DNA from: an uncultured Candidatus Binatia bacterium
GTDB taxonomy: Bacteria > Desulfobacterota > Binatia > UBA9968 > CAXXLF01
DNA: 64,000 bases
Reading direction: 5' to 3'
Assembly (NCBI GenBank): GCA_965218425.1
Contig: OZ244621.1
Location: 4,128,001-4,192,000 of the forward strand
The notes under the pieces were generated by a model, which was not told the DNA's origin, ran no database searches, and was given only the letters and a program-made list of their open reading frames with translations. Below are positions 9,606 to 20,025 of this stretch, piece by piece (positions within the stretch are counted from its first letter, which is position 1; every line of letters begins with the position of its first letter). The translations under genes were made by a program, and so were the position numbers.

Positions 9606-10570
9606 AGTTCTTTCTCGATATCTTCCAAAAAATAAACTTGAGGCTCCTCAGGCTCCGGGAAGGTTCTTTCCCTTTCCTTTACAGCCTGACTCAAATCGAT
9701 TTTTGTCTGACTCTCGTAGAAATTTGCGAAGGCGGCTCCGGGGGTGGTTCGTTTGGACCCTTGGGCTCCGCTTCTCTCCACGATACGGTTTGCCGACTCG
9801 GTAAAGGGCAAAGAGAGGTTTAATTGAGATGCCACCTCCAGGGCCTGTCTGATATCTTTCTCAATATTGCTAAGGGTACCGCCGTAACTCTTATTCCTTG
9901 CCAGAAAATCCTCGATACGAGACGCAGGAGCGCTGGATCCCGTGGTTTGCAGGAGCCCAAGAAACGTCTTTGGATCGATTTTTTGAGCCTGGAGCCAGGT
10001 GCTGATTTCGGTGGCAATGATGTTATCGGCGATGGCGAATAGTATAACGGCGATTTTCATTGCCTTGGGCGACCAGGGTTCATTCACGCAAATGACCTTC
10101 TCCGCCAGCGCCTTTAAAACCTCCATGCACGATTCAATGGTCTCTCTTTTTCCACCAATGACAATGGAGAGTAGCCCCTTGGGGATCGTCACAGAGGGAG
10201 CGCCGGCGGCATGAAGAGTTCCACCAAGAAATTCGCCGTGCCTATTGCTAATTTCCCGCTGTAACTCGCGCGCACAGCCAGGATCGGTCCCGCTTAGGTC
10301 TACCAAGGTGAACCCCGGCCGGATTCCATCCAGAACACCCTTCTGGCCTAATACCGCAGCCCTCACTTCAACTGAAGAAGGTAGGATCGTGATGGTGAGA
10401 TCGCAAACTGCGTCTTCCGCCGAGTCCGCCATGACCGCTCCTAGCTTCACCAGAGGTTGTGCCGCTTCAGGATTGATGTCGTAAACTTTTAGGGGGAACC
10501 CTTTACGGAGGAGTCTCTCTCCAAGGGGTTTTCCTGCATTGCCTAAACCCACAAGACCAATCTGCTTCAT
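9602..10570 (-). CDS. NAD(P)-dependent oxidoreductase, 3-hydroxyisobutyrate dehydrogenase family
   Basis: IGLVGLGNAG Rossmann motif, VDLS, KAMK, KDIRQAL. Confidence 0.85.
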   Translation of the reverse strand: MKQIGLVGLGNAGKPLGERLLRKGFPLKVYDINPEAAQPLVKLGAVMADSAEDAVCDLTITILPSSVEVRAAVLGQKGVLDGIRPGFTLVDLSGTDPGCARELQREISNRHGEFLGGTLHAAGAPSVTIPKGLLSIVIGGKRETIESCMEVLKALAEKVICVNEPWSPKAMKIAVILFAIADNIIATEISTWLQAQKIDPKTFLGLLQTTGSSAPASRIEDFLARNKSYGGTLSNIEKDIRQALEVASQLNLSLPFTESANRIVERSGAQGSKRTTPGAAFANFYESQTKIDLSQAVKERERTFPEPEEPQVYFLEDIEKEL

Positions 10571-10619
10571 GTTTCCCCCTTCTTTTTCTTTAAATTTTCC
10601 TTTTTGCTTTTAATTTATA

Positions 10620-11747
10620 TCAAACGATCTCACGAATGTACTTTTCTCTGGCCAGATGCCAGAACGAAACCAGAAAGGCCGTGAGAGGAATGGCCATGAT
10701 CATGCCAAGAATTCCGCCCAGGGCGACACCCCAGAAGAAGATGGCCACGATGATCGCCATGAAGTGAAGCCCCGTGCGATTGCCCATGATCGTAGGGGTT
10801 AACACATAGCCCTCAATGAGCTGCACCACTACAAATACCGCAACGGCCCAGAGCAGCGTATCCATACTTCCACCAGCCTGAAAGTAGGCGATGGGCAGCA
10901 CAATGCTTAGCCCTACGATGCTTCCGAGATAGGGGATGATGTTCAGAAATCCCAGAAGCAACCCGATGACGATCCCATATCGGAGCCCGGTCAGGCCGAA
11001 CCCTATGGCGAATAAAATTCCTTGAAGGAAGGCAATCATGAGCTGGCCACGGAAAAAGACAACGATAATGTCCACGAATTCCTTCGCCAAATAAGCCACG
11101 TCCAAACGTGTTTCCGGCTTGAGGAATGGCAGAAGAGATTCCGTATCCACCTGCTTGGGTTTGCGGGTCAAAAAGTACGCGAAATAGATGGGCAACACCG
11201 CCCAACTAAAGAGGGTGGCCAGGCCATGGGCAACAACCGAGCCCACCGATAAGGCCTTGCCCCCGATCATCTGGATCCCCTGAACCATCGCCTCCTGTCG
11301 TGAGGCTAGGATTTTCCGGATGCGTTGTCCCATGGGATCGGTTTCCGTGAATCCCACAATTTCTGGCCAGCGCCCTCTGACAAATTCCACCATATCGTTC
11401 CACCAACCGGGAGCTTTGCCCACCAGATCGGACAACTGGGCCAGCATTAGACCGCCAAAAAACCACAGAAAAGCACCGAGCGGAACCATAATGGAAAGAA
11501 AGACAACGGTCAAGGCAAGGGGCGTTGGTAACCGCATTGCCACGGTCAACCATTGATAGTAGGGCCGCAGCACCAGGGCCATCACCGCCCCCACAACCAA
11601 TGGAAGAAACACGCTCGAAAAAGTCCGAAGAAAGACAACCCCTATCCATAACAAGGAGCCAAGGGCGAATAGAATCACGGCGGTGGCCAGAACAGTAACC
11701 GCCGCAACGACGGTTTTTGCCTGGGGTTCCGTGAAATTTAGGGGCAC
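10620..11747 (-). CDS. AI-2E (PerM) family transporter
   Basis: FFRGQL, LNIIPYLG, QLIEGYVLTP.IMG, GILGMIMAIP. Confidence 0.88.
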   Translation of the reverse strand: MPLNFTEPQAKTVVAAVTVLATAVILFALGSLLWIGVVFLRTFSSVFLPLVVGAVMALVLRPYYQWLTVAMRLPTPLALTVVFLSIMVPLGAFLWFFGGLMLAQLSDLVGKAPGWWNDMVEFVRGRWPEIVGFTETDPMGQRIRKILASRQEAMVQGIQMIGGKALSVGSVVAHGLATLFSWAVLPIYFAYFLTRKPKQVDTESLLPFLKPETRLDVAYLAKEFVDIIVVFFRGQLMIAFLQGILFAIGFGLTGLRYGIVIGLLLGFLNIIPYLGSIVGLSIVLPIAYFQAGGSMDTLLWAVAVFVVVQLIEGYVLTPTIMGNRTGLHFMAIIVAIFFWGVALGGILGMIMAIPLTAFLVSFWHLAREKYIREIV

Positions 11748-11768
11748 CTTGTAGTTTCTCCTTGAATT

Positions 11769-12294
11769 TCAACTACAGCGGTCGATTTGCGCAGCCGGTA
11801 GCGGGGAACCATTCAGTCGCGGTGTTTGTAACAGTCACCGGCTCCAGCAGTGCCTGCAGGGTGAAGCAACCATTCTCCGCATTTCGCACTACTCCGCCAC
11901 TCGCTCCGGTGGCTCTTCCGACTCCAACTCCACGCGGGCTTCAATACCAAACAACCGACCTTTACCATTCCCTTAAGGACGGACCCTTCCTGTTTGTTTT
12001 GCATCGCAACATGCACCCAGGCCTTGTTGATGGACACCTTCATCATACGCCCGAACCGGGCAATCTTTGTGAGCATTCAAAAGCCGATGCCCGCGGTAAA
12101 ATAATCAAGGGGAGAGGGCGTCGTGTGCTCGCCTCCCACACGTTCGGATTCGTCACACTGGATGGTAAAACCCTGGACACGAGCTACTTTCCGCATCCTC
12201 TCGAGGGACTCACAATCCGCCTCATCAAGTTTTCCCGGTAGGTCAGCGTCGAATCCAATGAAGGGGGCGGCTTTGGAAAGTCGGGAAGTTTCAT
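11769..12294 (-). pseudogene. Second OsmC-family gene with in-frame TGA (12077-12079) and several frameshifts
   Basis: CDESERVGG..PSPLDYFTAGIGF-U-MLTKIAR..., then across shifted frames GIEARVELESEEPPERVAE / VVRNAENGCFTLQALLEPV / LNGSPL. ATG 12294 follows GAGGTG but is itself out of frame with the core. Confidence 0.8.
12049..12061 (-). promoter_or_regulatory. Putative bacterial SECIS hairpin
   Basis: GCCCG-GTT-CGGGC on the minus strand; loop G lies 21 nt after the TGA. Confidence 0.6.
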
Positions 12295-12319
12295 TTTGCA
12301 CCTCTACTTTTTTCGCGAG

Positions 12320-12348
12320 AGACTACCGACGATACCATGTTGTGTCAA
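12320..12348 (-). promoter_or_regulatory. sigma70-like promoter of the OsmC-like relic
   Basis: TTGACA-N17-TAGTCT on the minus strand. Confidence 0.55.
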
Positions 12349-12364
12349 GGATTTAGAACTCCCA

Positions 12365-12530
12365 ACTTTAGCACCCTCGCTTTCCTTCTTGCCCGTCCTC
12401 GCTCCGCTGTGTTTCCATCAATCCGCTATTCTTGATTCTCCCGGCTCAGTCCTAACCAGTTGAAGGCTGAGAGCTGACAGCATTCTTTACTACGCTTCGC
12501 GCCATGCTCTATGCGCTTTGCTCTTCATTC
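12365..12530 (+). repeat. Intergenic degenerate heptamer tract
   Basis: Modules caatccgctattcttgattct / gctcagtcct / gctgagagctgacagc / gccatgctctatgcgctttgc. Confidence 0.7.
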
Positions 12531-12642
12531 CACTTGACTACAAACTGGACAGTGATATAGAGGCCACATGGCTGATGTACTCTCTAAGTAAGCGATGGGG
12601 TACAAACCACTCTCAATCTTTTCTATAGGAGGTTACGCCCTA

Positions 12643-13278
12643 ATGTCATTTGCCACCATTGACCCAGCGCACACCGGTCTTCTTTTCTTCGATATGCTAA
12701 ACGTCTACTACCGCACCCCGGAAAACAACCAGGTGAAAAGCAAAACCCTTGAAGCGGTGATGGCCAATGCAGTGCAATTGCGTGACACGGCCCGCGCCGC
12801 GGACATCCCCATCTTTTACGCCATAGCGGATCACCGTCCGGACGGCACAGACACAGACCCGCTGCTAACCGATACGGACCACGGGTTGAGACCGTGGAAG
12901 GACCCGGAACGGATAGGGAGGCAAGTCCCCGCAGCGCGGCATGGCTCTTGGGAAGCCAAGGTCATTGATGAGATTGCGCCGGGGCCCTCAGACTATCTTA
13001 TCTACAAACACCGTTGGAGTTCGTTTTATCAAACCCACCTGGAGTTGTCGCTTAGGGCACGGGGTATTGACACTCTGTTGGTTTCCGGCGGCGCCACAGA
13101 GATCGGCGTGGCTAGCACTGCCTATTCAGCGCGCGATCTGGGGATCAATCTGATCATCGTACGGGATGCCTGTTCCTGCAGCTTCCCGGACATCCTGGCC
13201 GTGTTCATGGACAAGGTGTTTCCCAGGATGGGGAGGGTTCGCACCACTAAGCAAGTGATTGAGATGATCCAGAAATAG
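12643..13278 (+). CDS. Isochorismatase-family hydrolase
   Basis: LLFFDMLN, KHRWSSFY.T.L...LR..GIDTL, GGATEIGVASTA (no catalytic Cys, as in YecD-like members). ATG 12643 follows AGGAGG. Confidence 0.88.
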   Translation: MSFATIDPAHTGLLFFDMLNVYYRTPENNQVKSKTLEAVMANAVQLRDTARAADIPIFYAIADHRPDGTDTDPLLTDTDHGLRPWKDPERIGRQVPAARHGSWEAKVIDEIAPGPSDYLIYKHRWSSFYQTHLELSLRARGIDTLLVSGGATEIGVASTAYSARDLGINLIIVRDACSCSFPDILAVFMDKVFPRMGRVRTTKQVIEMIQK

Positions 13279-13352
13279 TCCGGATAGCGTCCTTTTCCTC
13301 TTCTAGCAACTTTCAGGCTCCGACTGATTGAAAAAAGGACAACCGGCTAAAA

Positions 13353-13781
13353 TCAGGATTGCAGCAATTGGGAGAATTCTATCAGAACGCCGTCCGGATC
13401 CTTGGCGTAGAAATTTCGGCTTCTGGGCGACAGCTGAACGATTTCGGAGATCACCTCGCCGTCCCCATTCTCCTGAATCTGCCGGTATTTGGCCTCAGCA
13501 TCGGGCACACGAAAAGCGAGATGCGGGCAACCCACACGGTTATGGGAGAGATCAAGGGCTAGGCCCCCACCCCCCATGTATTCGATGAGCTGCAGCGTGA
13601 AATCACCCGCGGTCATATACGTAAACTTAATATGGGCCGCAGGGTTTTTCGTATAGGTTCGATATACTTCGCTCTTAAGCTCCAATCGTTCGCCTTCCTT
13701 TAACCCGATAACATCACGATAGAACGCGATGGATCGCTCCAGGTTCTTTACAGTGAGTCCAACGTGAGATATTTCCGCCAT
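13353..13781 (-). CDS. VOC (glyoxalase) family protein
   Basis: SHVGLTVKNLERSIAFY, HLAFRV, KDPDGVLIEF. Confidence 0.9.
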   Translation of the reverse strand: MAEISHVGLTVKNLERSIAFYRDVIGLKEGERLELKSEVYRTYTKNPAAHIKFTYMTAGDFTLQLIEYMGGGGLALDLSHNRVGCPHLAFRVPDAEAKYRQIQENGDGEVISEIVQLSPRSRNFYAKDPDGVLIEFSQLLQS

Positions 13782-14032
13782 ACAAGGTCAACGCACGGCA
13801 ATCAGTTCTAGATAACTCGTAGAATTTCGCCGATCAGCACGGACGAAAAAGGGCAACGAGTAAAGTTCGTAGCGTCCTTGTGCATTCGGGACCACTGACC
13901 ACCGACTTTTGACCCAAACTGAGGGATTGACGACCGGAAGTCCGTAGTCCGTTGTCGCTTTACGTTTCTCTCTCAGCCCCCGGCACTCGTTACCCGTCAC
14001 TAATTAAACGCTTTGCCCTTTACTCCCAAATA

Positions 14033-15238
14033 CTACGGATGGGTGTCGGACGACCAGCTCCGCGACGCGCCGGGGTGCCACTCTTGCTGGCGTCGATCAC
14101 GCATCTTCTGCAGAAATGCGGTGAGCCCGGTTTCAATCAAGACATGCTGGGCCGGATCTCGAATCACTCCCAGGGGTTCCTGTCCCTGCTGGACCTTCTC
14201 GATCTCACGCTTCAGCAAATCACGCAGGATCATGATCCCTCGATCGGAGGTGGCCAACCGCTCCGTGGTCCGATCAGCCACGGGTCCCTGGGTCTCCCAG
14301 GCCATGTAATCCTGTCCGTCCACCCGGTCCATTCGAGTGAATTTCGCCAAGGGATGGCGCGCCCCAAGGGGACTCTTGAAGGGCTCGACATATTCCACGG
14401 GTGGATCATCATCATCTCCAATCGGCTTTCCATCCTCGGCATAGTCAAAGATGACGTAATAGATCCGGGTATGAGTATCGTCCACCGGAACTCGAATATG
14501 GGTGTAATTGGCAAGGCGAAGAATGTTGGGGAAGATCAGAGGATGTTCATCCACAAACCCCACTCGATAGGTCCGTTTCTTCATGATGCCATAGGGAACC
14601 TCGATGAACTCGAACTTTTCAACGTCGTCCGTCAATCCCCTGGTTGTATTTGTCACGTTATTCCGTCTGGCCGCGGCGTCCTGGTGGAGGATCTGAAGGT
14701 GGGCAGGGTCCACCGAGTTTTCCATAGCCTGAAACCAGTTACAGTCCAACTGCGGCTTCACTGAGATCCGCCTTTTACCGTCCGGACGGGCCCAGACATC
14801 GTATTTTGGGATAAGCGGTTGCGGCTGTGGCCCCATGTATGTCCAGTACAGTCCCACGAACTTCTGAATAGGATAGGCGGTATGTTTTACCGTCTGGTGA
14901 AACTTACTCTCCGCCGGCTCTGCGGGACATTCCAAACAGTTTCCCTTTACGTCGTACAGCCAACCATGATAGGCGCAGGCGATTCCCCTCTCCTCTACCC
15001 TGCCATAGGCCATGGAAACGCCGCGATGAGAACAACGATCAGCAATCAAGCCCACCCGACCGCTCTTGTCCTTAAAGAGAACCAGATCCTCTCCCAATAT
15101 GCGCACCAACTTGGTGGGGGTTTCCTCAGTGATCTCCTTGGCCACAGCCACAGGGTACCAGTAGCGGCGAAGAAGCTCGCCTCCTGGAGTTCCCTTCCCT
15201 ACCCGGGTCATCATTTCATTTTCTTCTCGAGTCATCAT
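14033..15238 (-). CDS. Rieske non-heme iron oxygenase (phthalate 4,5-dioxygenase / LigXa-like)
   Basis: CSHRG..CAYHGW Rieske motif; ENSVDPAHLQILH iron site; QDYMAWETQG. Confidence 0.92.
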   Translation of the reverse strand: MMTREENEMMTRVGKGTPGGELLRRYWYPVAVAKEITEETPTKLVRILGEDLVLFKDKSGRVGLIADRCSHRGVSMAYGRVEERGIACAYHGWLYDVKGNCLECPAEPAESKFHQTVKHTAYPIQKFVGLYWTYMGPQPQPLIPKYDVWARPDGKRRISVKPQLDCNWFQAMENSVDPAHLQILHQDAAARRNNVTNTTRGLTDDVEKFEFIEVPYGIMKKRTYRVGFVDEHPLIFPNILRLANYTHIRVPVDDTHTRIYYVIFDYAEDGKPIGDDDDPPVEYVEPFKSPLGARHPLAKFTRMDRVDGQDYMAWETQGPVADRTTERLATSDRGIMILRDLLKREIEKVQQGQEPLGVIRDPAQHVLIETGLTAFLQKMRDRRQQEWHPGASRSWSSDTHP

Positions 15239-15484
15239 ATGATTACCCTCCTAATTCCGACCATTCCTCAATGACAGGCTCATCGCCTTATTCCTTCGGC
15301 TCAAGTCTCTAGGCAGCCCTTTTAGGTAGCTGGCTTATGATTTGGAGTGCAGTTTAGTCCCCTTGGCAGGGGATTGTCAATTTCAAGTTCGGGGAGAAAC
15401 GGCCGGCTCAATTTTCAAGATGAAGACCCGAACCGGTTCACACACTAGGGAGATGTCGGCCAATGAGTCTTTTTCAGCAGCCCG

Positions 15485-16531
15485 CTAAAACCCATATAGA
15501 GCCTGCGGATTGTCTCCCAAGATCTTATCAATGGAGGGGCCCGGCACTTTGCCGTCCGTTTTTAGCTTGCGCAGGGCGTCGATCTCGGATGCGGTGTCGT
15601 TGTGCCCGTAGTCGCTGCCCAGGACGATATGGTCATCCCCCACGTGCTCCAGAATATACGGCAGGTCGTCGCTGGTCTGACAGGCCACGTAAATTTGGTT
15701 GTCCTTGAGTATTTCCGCCCCTGGCCAGGCTTGGCCTCGTTTTCGATAGCCGATCTCCAGGTGGTTCATCACGTAGGGAACCCACTCGGCGCTCACCTCA
15801 ACAAAGGCCCATCGCAGCTCTGGAAACTTCTGTGGCAAACCAGTGGTAATGAGGCTGCCGAAAAAGTTAATTGGGCCGAACTTGAACTGGGCCAGGCTGG
15901 CCCCCCGACCGAATATGTCAAACATCTCCAGATTTCCCTGCGAGGCGTGGACACAGATGGGCATTCCCAACCGGCTGGCCTCTTCATACAGCGGATAGAA
16001 GTACGGGTCCGTGGGGAGCTTGTCGCCTTCGACCCCTCGTATAAAGACCCCGCACCCTCCGTTCTCCTTACCGAAATTCAACTCCTCTATGGCCTTGTCA
16101 ATATAATGAAGCGGAGGCATGACCACCCAACGCAACCGGCCCTTCCCTACCTTCCATATATCCGCCAGCCACCGGTTGTAGCTCCGGCAGAGCGCGGTGT
16201 CCACGTGTGGCAAAGGCGTGAGTGCCCTCAAAAAGAGGCTCGGGTACAGGACTTGAACGTCCACCCCCAGTTGATTCATATGGGCGAGACGACCTTCCAC
16301 GTCCTCCATCTCCCGCGTCTCCCTGGGGGTGTCGAAACCGATATTCTGGTCCTTGGCAAAGACCCGCCCGCCAATTTTCCAGAACTCATTTCCGCGCCGT
16401 CTGTTGGGCGCTTCTTGAGGTTGTTCCTTGAATACCATCACCCGGGGCGCGAAATCCTGCTCACCTTCACCCATGTATTCCCAGGTTCGTTCCCACTCGA
16501 CCACATGTGCATCGGCATCAATGACCGCCAT
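15485..16531 (-). CDS. Amidohydrolase_2 family
   Basis: IDADAHV, QVLYPS, ICVH, GSDYGHND. Confidence 0.9.
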   Translation of the reverse strand: MAVIDADAHVVEWERTWEYMGEGEQDFAPRVMVFKEQPQEAPNRRRGNEFWKIGGRVFAKDQNIGFDTPRETREMEDVEGRLAHMNQLGVDVQVLYPSLFLRALTPLPHVDTALCRSYNRWLADIWKVGKGRLRWVVMPPLHYIDKAIEELNFGKENGGCGVFIRGVEGDKLPTDPYFYPLYEEASRLGMPICVHASQGNLEMFDIFGRGASLAQFKFGPINFFGSLITTGLPQKFPELRWAFVEVSAEWVPYVMNHLEIGYRKRGQAWPGAEILKDNQIYVACQTSDDLPYILEHVGDDHIVLGSDYGHNDTASEIDALRKLKTDGKVPGPSIDKILGDNPQALYGF

Positions 16532-16743
16532 TGGACCTCCCTTTCATTCCCATGACCCTTGGGAATTCATTTTGATTTTCAGTCAAACCGCAGGTAGTCT
16601 ATTCCAGTTGATTCGGACTTGTCAATTTCGACGTTCATGACCCCATTTCCTCAAGAGCGTTATATGACAGTCCCTCTGTTTATCCAATAGGCGAAGCGAC
16701 ACCGACCGTTTGGGAGCCGAGGCCCCTCAGAAGGATTTAGACC

Positions 16744-17832
16744 ATGCACGTTATCGATTGTGATGCACATGGGGAAGAGAGCGTTCAAACCTGGCAGCAC
16801 CTGGACCCCGAGTTCCATTTGCTTCGCCCCATCCCCGTGGTTTTCCCCGAAGATACCTGCTTCGGCTCGCACAATGCGGCCTGGGTCATCGATTACAAGC
16901 TCAGATTCTTTGCCGCCAATCCAACCTCCATGAAACGGGCCCGCGAAAAAGACGTACCCATCGAGGTCCAGGAGATGCGCGACGTGAAGAAACGCCTCTC
17001 CTATATGGACGAACTGGGGATCCACAAACAAGTCGTTTTCCCGTCTATCTGGCTTGGTTGCCTGGCAGAAAACGTGGACCTGGAAGCGGCCCTGGCACGC
17101 AGCTACAACCAGTTCATGGCAACCCAGTGCCGCCAGTCCGGGGGGCGACTCTGGTACGTGGCGATTGTTCCCTGGCGGCGTCCGGAGATGGCGGCGCAGG
17201 AGATCAAACGGGTCAAAGCCCTCGGGTCTGTGGCCGGAATCTACGCCCGCGGCATTGAATGGGACCGTCCACTGACCCACCCGGATCACTGGCCAATCTA
17301 TGAGGAGGCCGAATGCAATGATCTGCCCATAACCGTCCATGTGGGCAACGGCTCCAGTCCAATGATACGGGAAATGTTGCAGGGCGTTCCCCGGCCCACC
17401 TATGCGGATTCCCGCCCCCACATTCATCCGTTGGGAACCGGGTTGGTCAGCGGCCCTTACGTTCTGTACGCCTTCCAGCAAATCCTGGGCTCGAGTATTC
17501 TCGAGGATTTTCCTAAATTAAGGGTGGGGTTCCTGGAAGCCGGATCCGAATGGACCGTCCGGCTCCTCAAGCGTTTGCGGGCGAGTCGGGGACCCATCAT
17601 CCAGGAATGGCTTGTAGAGCGTGTCTTTGTTTCATGTGCGCTGGACGACGACATCCCACACATCATGAGCAAGGTGGGAGAGGAATTTCTCGTCACGGCA
17701 ACCGACTTCCCGCACGGCGATGCCTTTCGCCAGGACCGGCTCGCCAACGGACTCAAGGCCCGGGGGGACCTTTCCGATGGGACCATTGAAAAAATCCTGT
17801 CGGTGAATCCGCAGCGGTTATTTCACTTTTAG
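16744..17832 (+). CDS. Amidohydrolase_2 family
   Basis: IDCDAH, QVVFPS, ITVHVG, FLEAG, ATDFPHGD. Confidence 0.9.
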   Translation: MHVIDCDAHGEESVQTWQHLDPEFHLLRPIPVVFPEDTCFGSHNAAWVIDYKLRFFAANPTSMKRAREKDVPIEVQEMRDVKKRLSYMDELGIHKQVVFPSIWLGCLAENVDLEAALARSYNQFMATQCRQSGGRLWYVAIVPWRRPEMAAQEIKRVKALGSVAGIYARGIEWDRPLTHPDHWPIYEEAECNDLPITVHVGNGSSPMIREMLQGVPRPTYADSRPHIHPLGTGLVSGPYVLYAFQQILGSSILEDFPKLRVGFLEAGSEWTVRLLKRLRASRGPIIQEWLVERVFVSCALDDDIPHIMSKVGEEFLVTATDFPHGDAFRQDRLANGLKARGDLSDGTIEKILSVNPQRLFHF

Positions 17833-18851
17833 TGCTGGTAAAACCGCCGGGCGTTGTCTCCCAAAATAGCGGCCTTATGCTCGTTTCGTAGATCATCCCG
17901 CTCTAATATCTCGTCTATCTCTTCCATACAGTTGCTGATGGAGATCTCGTGCGGGAAATCCGAGGCGAACATGAACGATTGCGGGCCCACGCGGTCGATG
18001 GCATAGGCAAGTGCCTTCTCGTTGCCCTCACACCCCACGAAGATGCGATCATCCTTAAAGTATTCCAGAGGTTGCCTTTTCATCTTGAGTCCCCCGTACT
18101 CCAGTTCGCGCTCTAGCCGATCGATCACCAGGGGAATCCATGCGGTTCCGCCCTCCATAAACCCGCATCGCAACTTCGGGAACTGGTCAAACACGCCATC
18201 CACCATCATTCCAGTCATGGCAATGGCCAGGGGAAAGGGCATGCCAAGCGCCCGTGTGGCCGGAAACGTCGTAAAAGTGTTAAATCCTAAATTGATGTAG
18301 CTGCCCCCGTGCACGGCCATAACGCAATTTAGCTTTTCGGCCTCCTCATAAATGGGCCAGAACTCGGGATGGCTGACATGGCGGGTGAGCCCGTTGGAAG
18401 GAATCATCGCGCCAATAAAGCCGAGGTCCCTCACCGCACGGCGCAGCTCCGTCACGGCATCAGGCACGTTTTGCATTGGGATCAAGGCCACAGCCTGAAA
18501 GCGGGGGCTGCGCTGAAGGTACCGTTTGTGGATGTAATCGTTATAGGCTCGCGCGTAGGCCAGCGCCCACTGCGGGTAGGCCACGTTTCCGTACGCCAAT
18601 CCGGAAGTGGGATAGAGCACGGCATACTCTGTCTTCGTTCGTTCGAGGAAATCGAGCCACTGCTCCGGCCCGGTGCCGCGATCGAAGGTGCCGGGTGTCC
18701 GCGGGGTACCATCGGAGGGAGTGTGAAAGTGATCGAGACTCGGCACCATGTTGCGCGCACCCCGGTTATTGAACGGTTCCGCAACGAACCGGACCAACTC
18801 CTCATCGTTCTCCATTACATGCCCATCTGCATCGACATAAGCCTGTGCCAT
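17829..18851 (-). CDS. Amidohydrolase_2 family
   Basis: VDADGHV, VLYPT, AVHGG, ASDFPHE. Close paralogue of 8466..9536. Confidence 0.9.
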   Translation of the reverse strand: MAQAYVDADGHVMENDEELVRFVAEPFNNRGARNMVPSLDHFHTPSDGTPRTPGTFDRGTGPEQWLDFLERTKTEYAVLYPTSGLAYGNVAYPQWALAYARAYNDYIHKRYLQRSPRFQAVALIPMQNVPDAVTELRRAVRDLGFIGAMIPSNGLTRHVSHPEFWPIYEEAEKLNCVMAVHGGSYINLGFNTFTTFPATRALGMPFPLAIAMTGMMVDGVFDQFPKLRCGFMEGGTAWIPLVIDRLERELEYGGLKMKRQPLEYFKDDRIFVGCEGNEKALAYAIDRVGPQSFMFASDFPHEISISNCMEEIDEILERDDLRNEHKAAILGDNARRFYQH

Positions 18852-18884
18852 AAAACCTCCTAAATAAAAAATTTATTTATCTAT

Positions 18885-19937
18885 TTATCGCAGATAACCC
18901 CTTTCGCGATAGAACCGCTCAGCCCCCGGGTGAAGGGGAACGTCACAGGCGGTTTCCTCGTAATCGGAGCAAAGCCGGCTCATATCCAAAGCTTTATAAT
19001 TGTCCGTGGGAATCTGATCTTTGCGTGCTTCAATGGCCTCACACAAGGCAAAGGCCACATCCTCTGCCATTTCCGCATGCACCACCATGGGCCACCCGCT
19101 AAAATCCAAGGTTTGCACCTCCTCGGGAATACCGGGAAAAAGATCATTGGACATCTTCACCGGTCGATACCCCATGGCAGCCATGCGGGCCTGAATCTTT
19201 CCTTCAACGGGCAGGAAACGAAACCCGTGGTCTACGGCGGCCTGTCCCCAGCTCAGGATCCCTTCGTCGAAGACGGCATTGATATGACCATCCTCAATGG
19301 CCCCACGCCGGTCGGGATGGCTGGGTCTCATTACCGACTGGATCTTTCCTCCCCACTTTTTAATGTCCGCGAGACTAAACTTTGCCGCCTTGATAACCTC
19401 ACCTACCGAGAACATGGTGCTATCGTGCAGGAATGGCGGTTTGATGGTACGCCCGGTCGATAGGCGCAAGGGGATTCGTTCCTGTTTGATCTGGTCCAGC
19501 GACGTGATGCCGGTGGACTGGTGCACCGCGAAGCCCACCACATCGTGAGAAGGAAAAACAGCTATGGTCCTCAAGGGTAGCGGTTTTGAAAATGGCCCTT
19601 TGCCCTTGAATGCCATGGTCGCGGCCACGGAAGGATTGATCCACAGGAGAGAGAGCTTGTTCTGCGCAACGGCCTTGAGCTCTTGAAAACCCCCAACGGC
19701 AATGGAAAGATCCACACCGTTACTGTGGCGAGAGCGAGCGCCGGTGAGAGCGAGGTGAACATGAGAAGCCAAGCGCGAATCGACTTGAAGGGCACCCTGT
19801 GCCCCACGGGTGGTTTCAAAGGAAAGCGAACCATCGTAAAGAGCCGCGGCCAGCTCCAGCAGTCCCTTGGAACGCTGCACGCCTGCGTTGTATCTGCGTC
19901 GGGTTTCAGTCACGGATCCTCTTCGCCTGGGCGTCAA
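18885..19937 (-). CDS. TAXI-family TRAP solute receptor-like protein
   Basis: TGITSL, VHAEMAEDVAF, VPLHPGAERFYRERGYL. No evident signal peptide; start uncertain. Confidence 0.75.
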   Translation of the reverse strand: MTPRRRGSVTETRRRYNAGVQRSKGLLELAAALYDGSLSFETTRGAQGALQVDSRLASHVHLALTGARSRHSNGVDLSIAVGGFQELKAVAQNKLSLLWINPSVAATMAFKGKGPFSKPLPLRTIAVFPSHDVVGFAVHQSTGITSLDQIKQERIPLRLSTGRTIKPPFLHDSTMFSVGEVIKAAKFSLADIKKWGGKIQSVMRPSHPDRRGAIEDGHINAVFDEGILSWGQAAVDHGFRFLPVEGKIQARMAAMGYRPVKMSNDLFPGIPEEVQTLDFSGWPMVVHAEMAEDVAFALCEAIEARKDQIPTDNYKALDMSRLCSDYEETACDVPLHPGAERFYRERGYLR

Positions 19938-20025
19938 CGAAAAACCATCCGATGCCGCCAGCTTTCATAGTCGCGTGATCGCATGGTAAGCCGAGCCCAA
20001 AAGGAAGTCAACACAAGGCGCGGCC

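Noticed and set aside
13952..17481. Long alternative ORFs such as 13952..14764, 15602..16555 and 16660..17481
   Set aside because: Antisense shadows of well-supported genes, with no motifs of their own.
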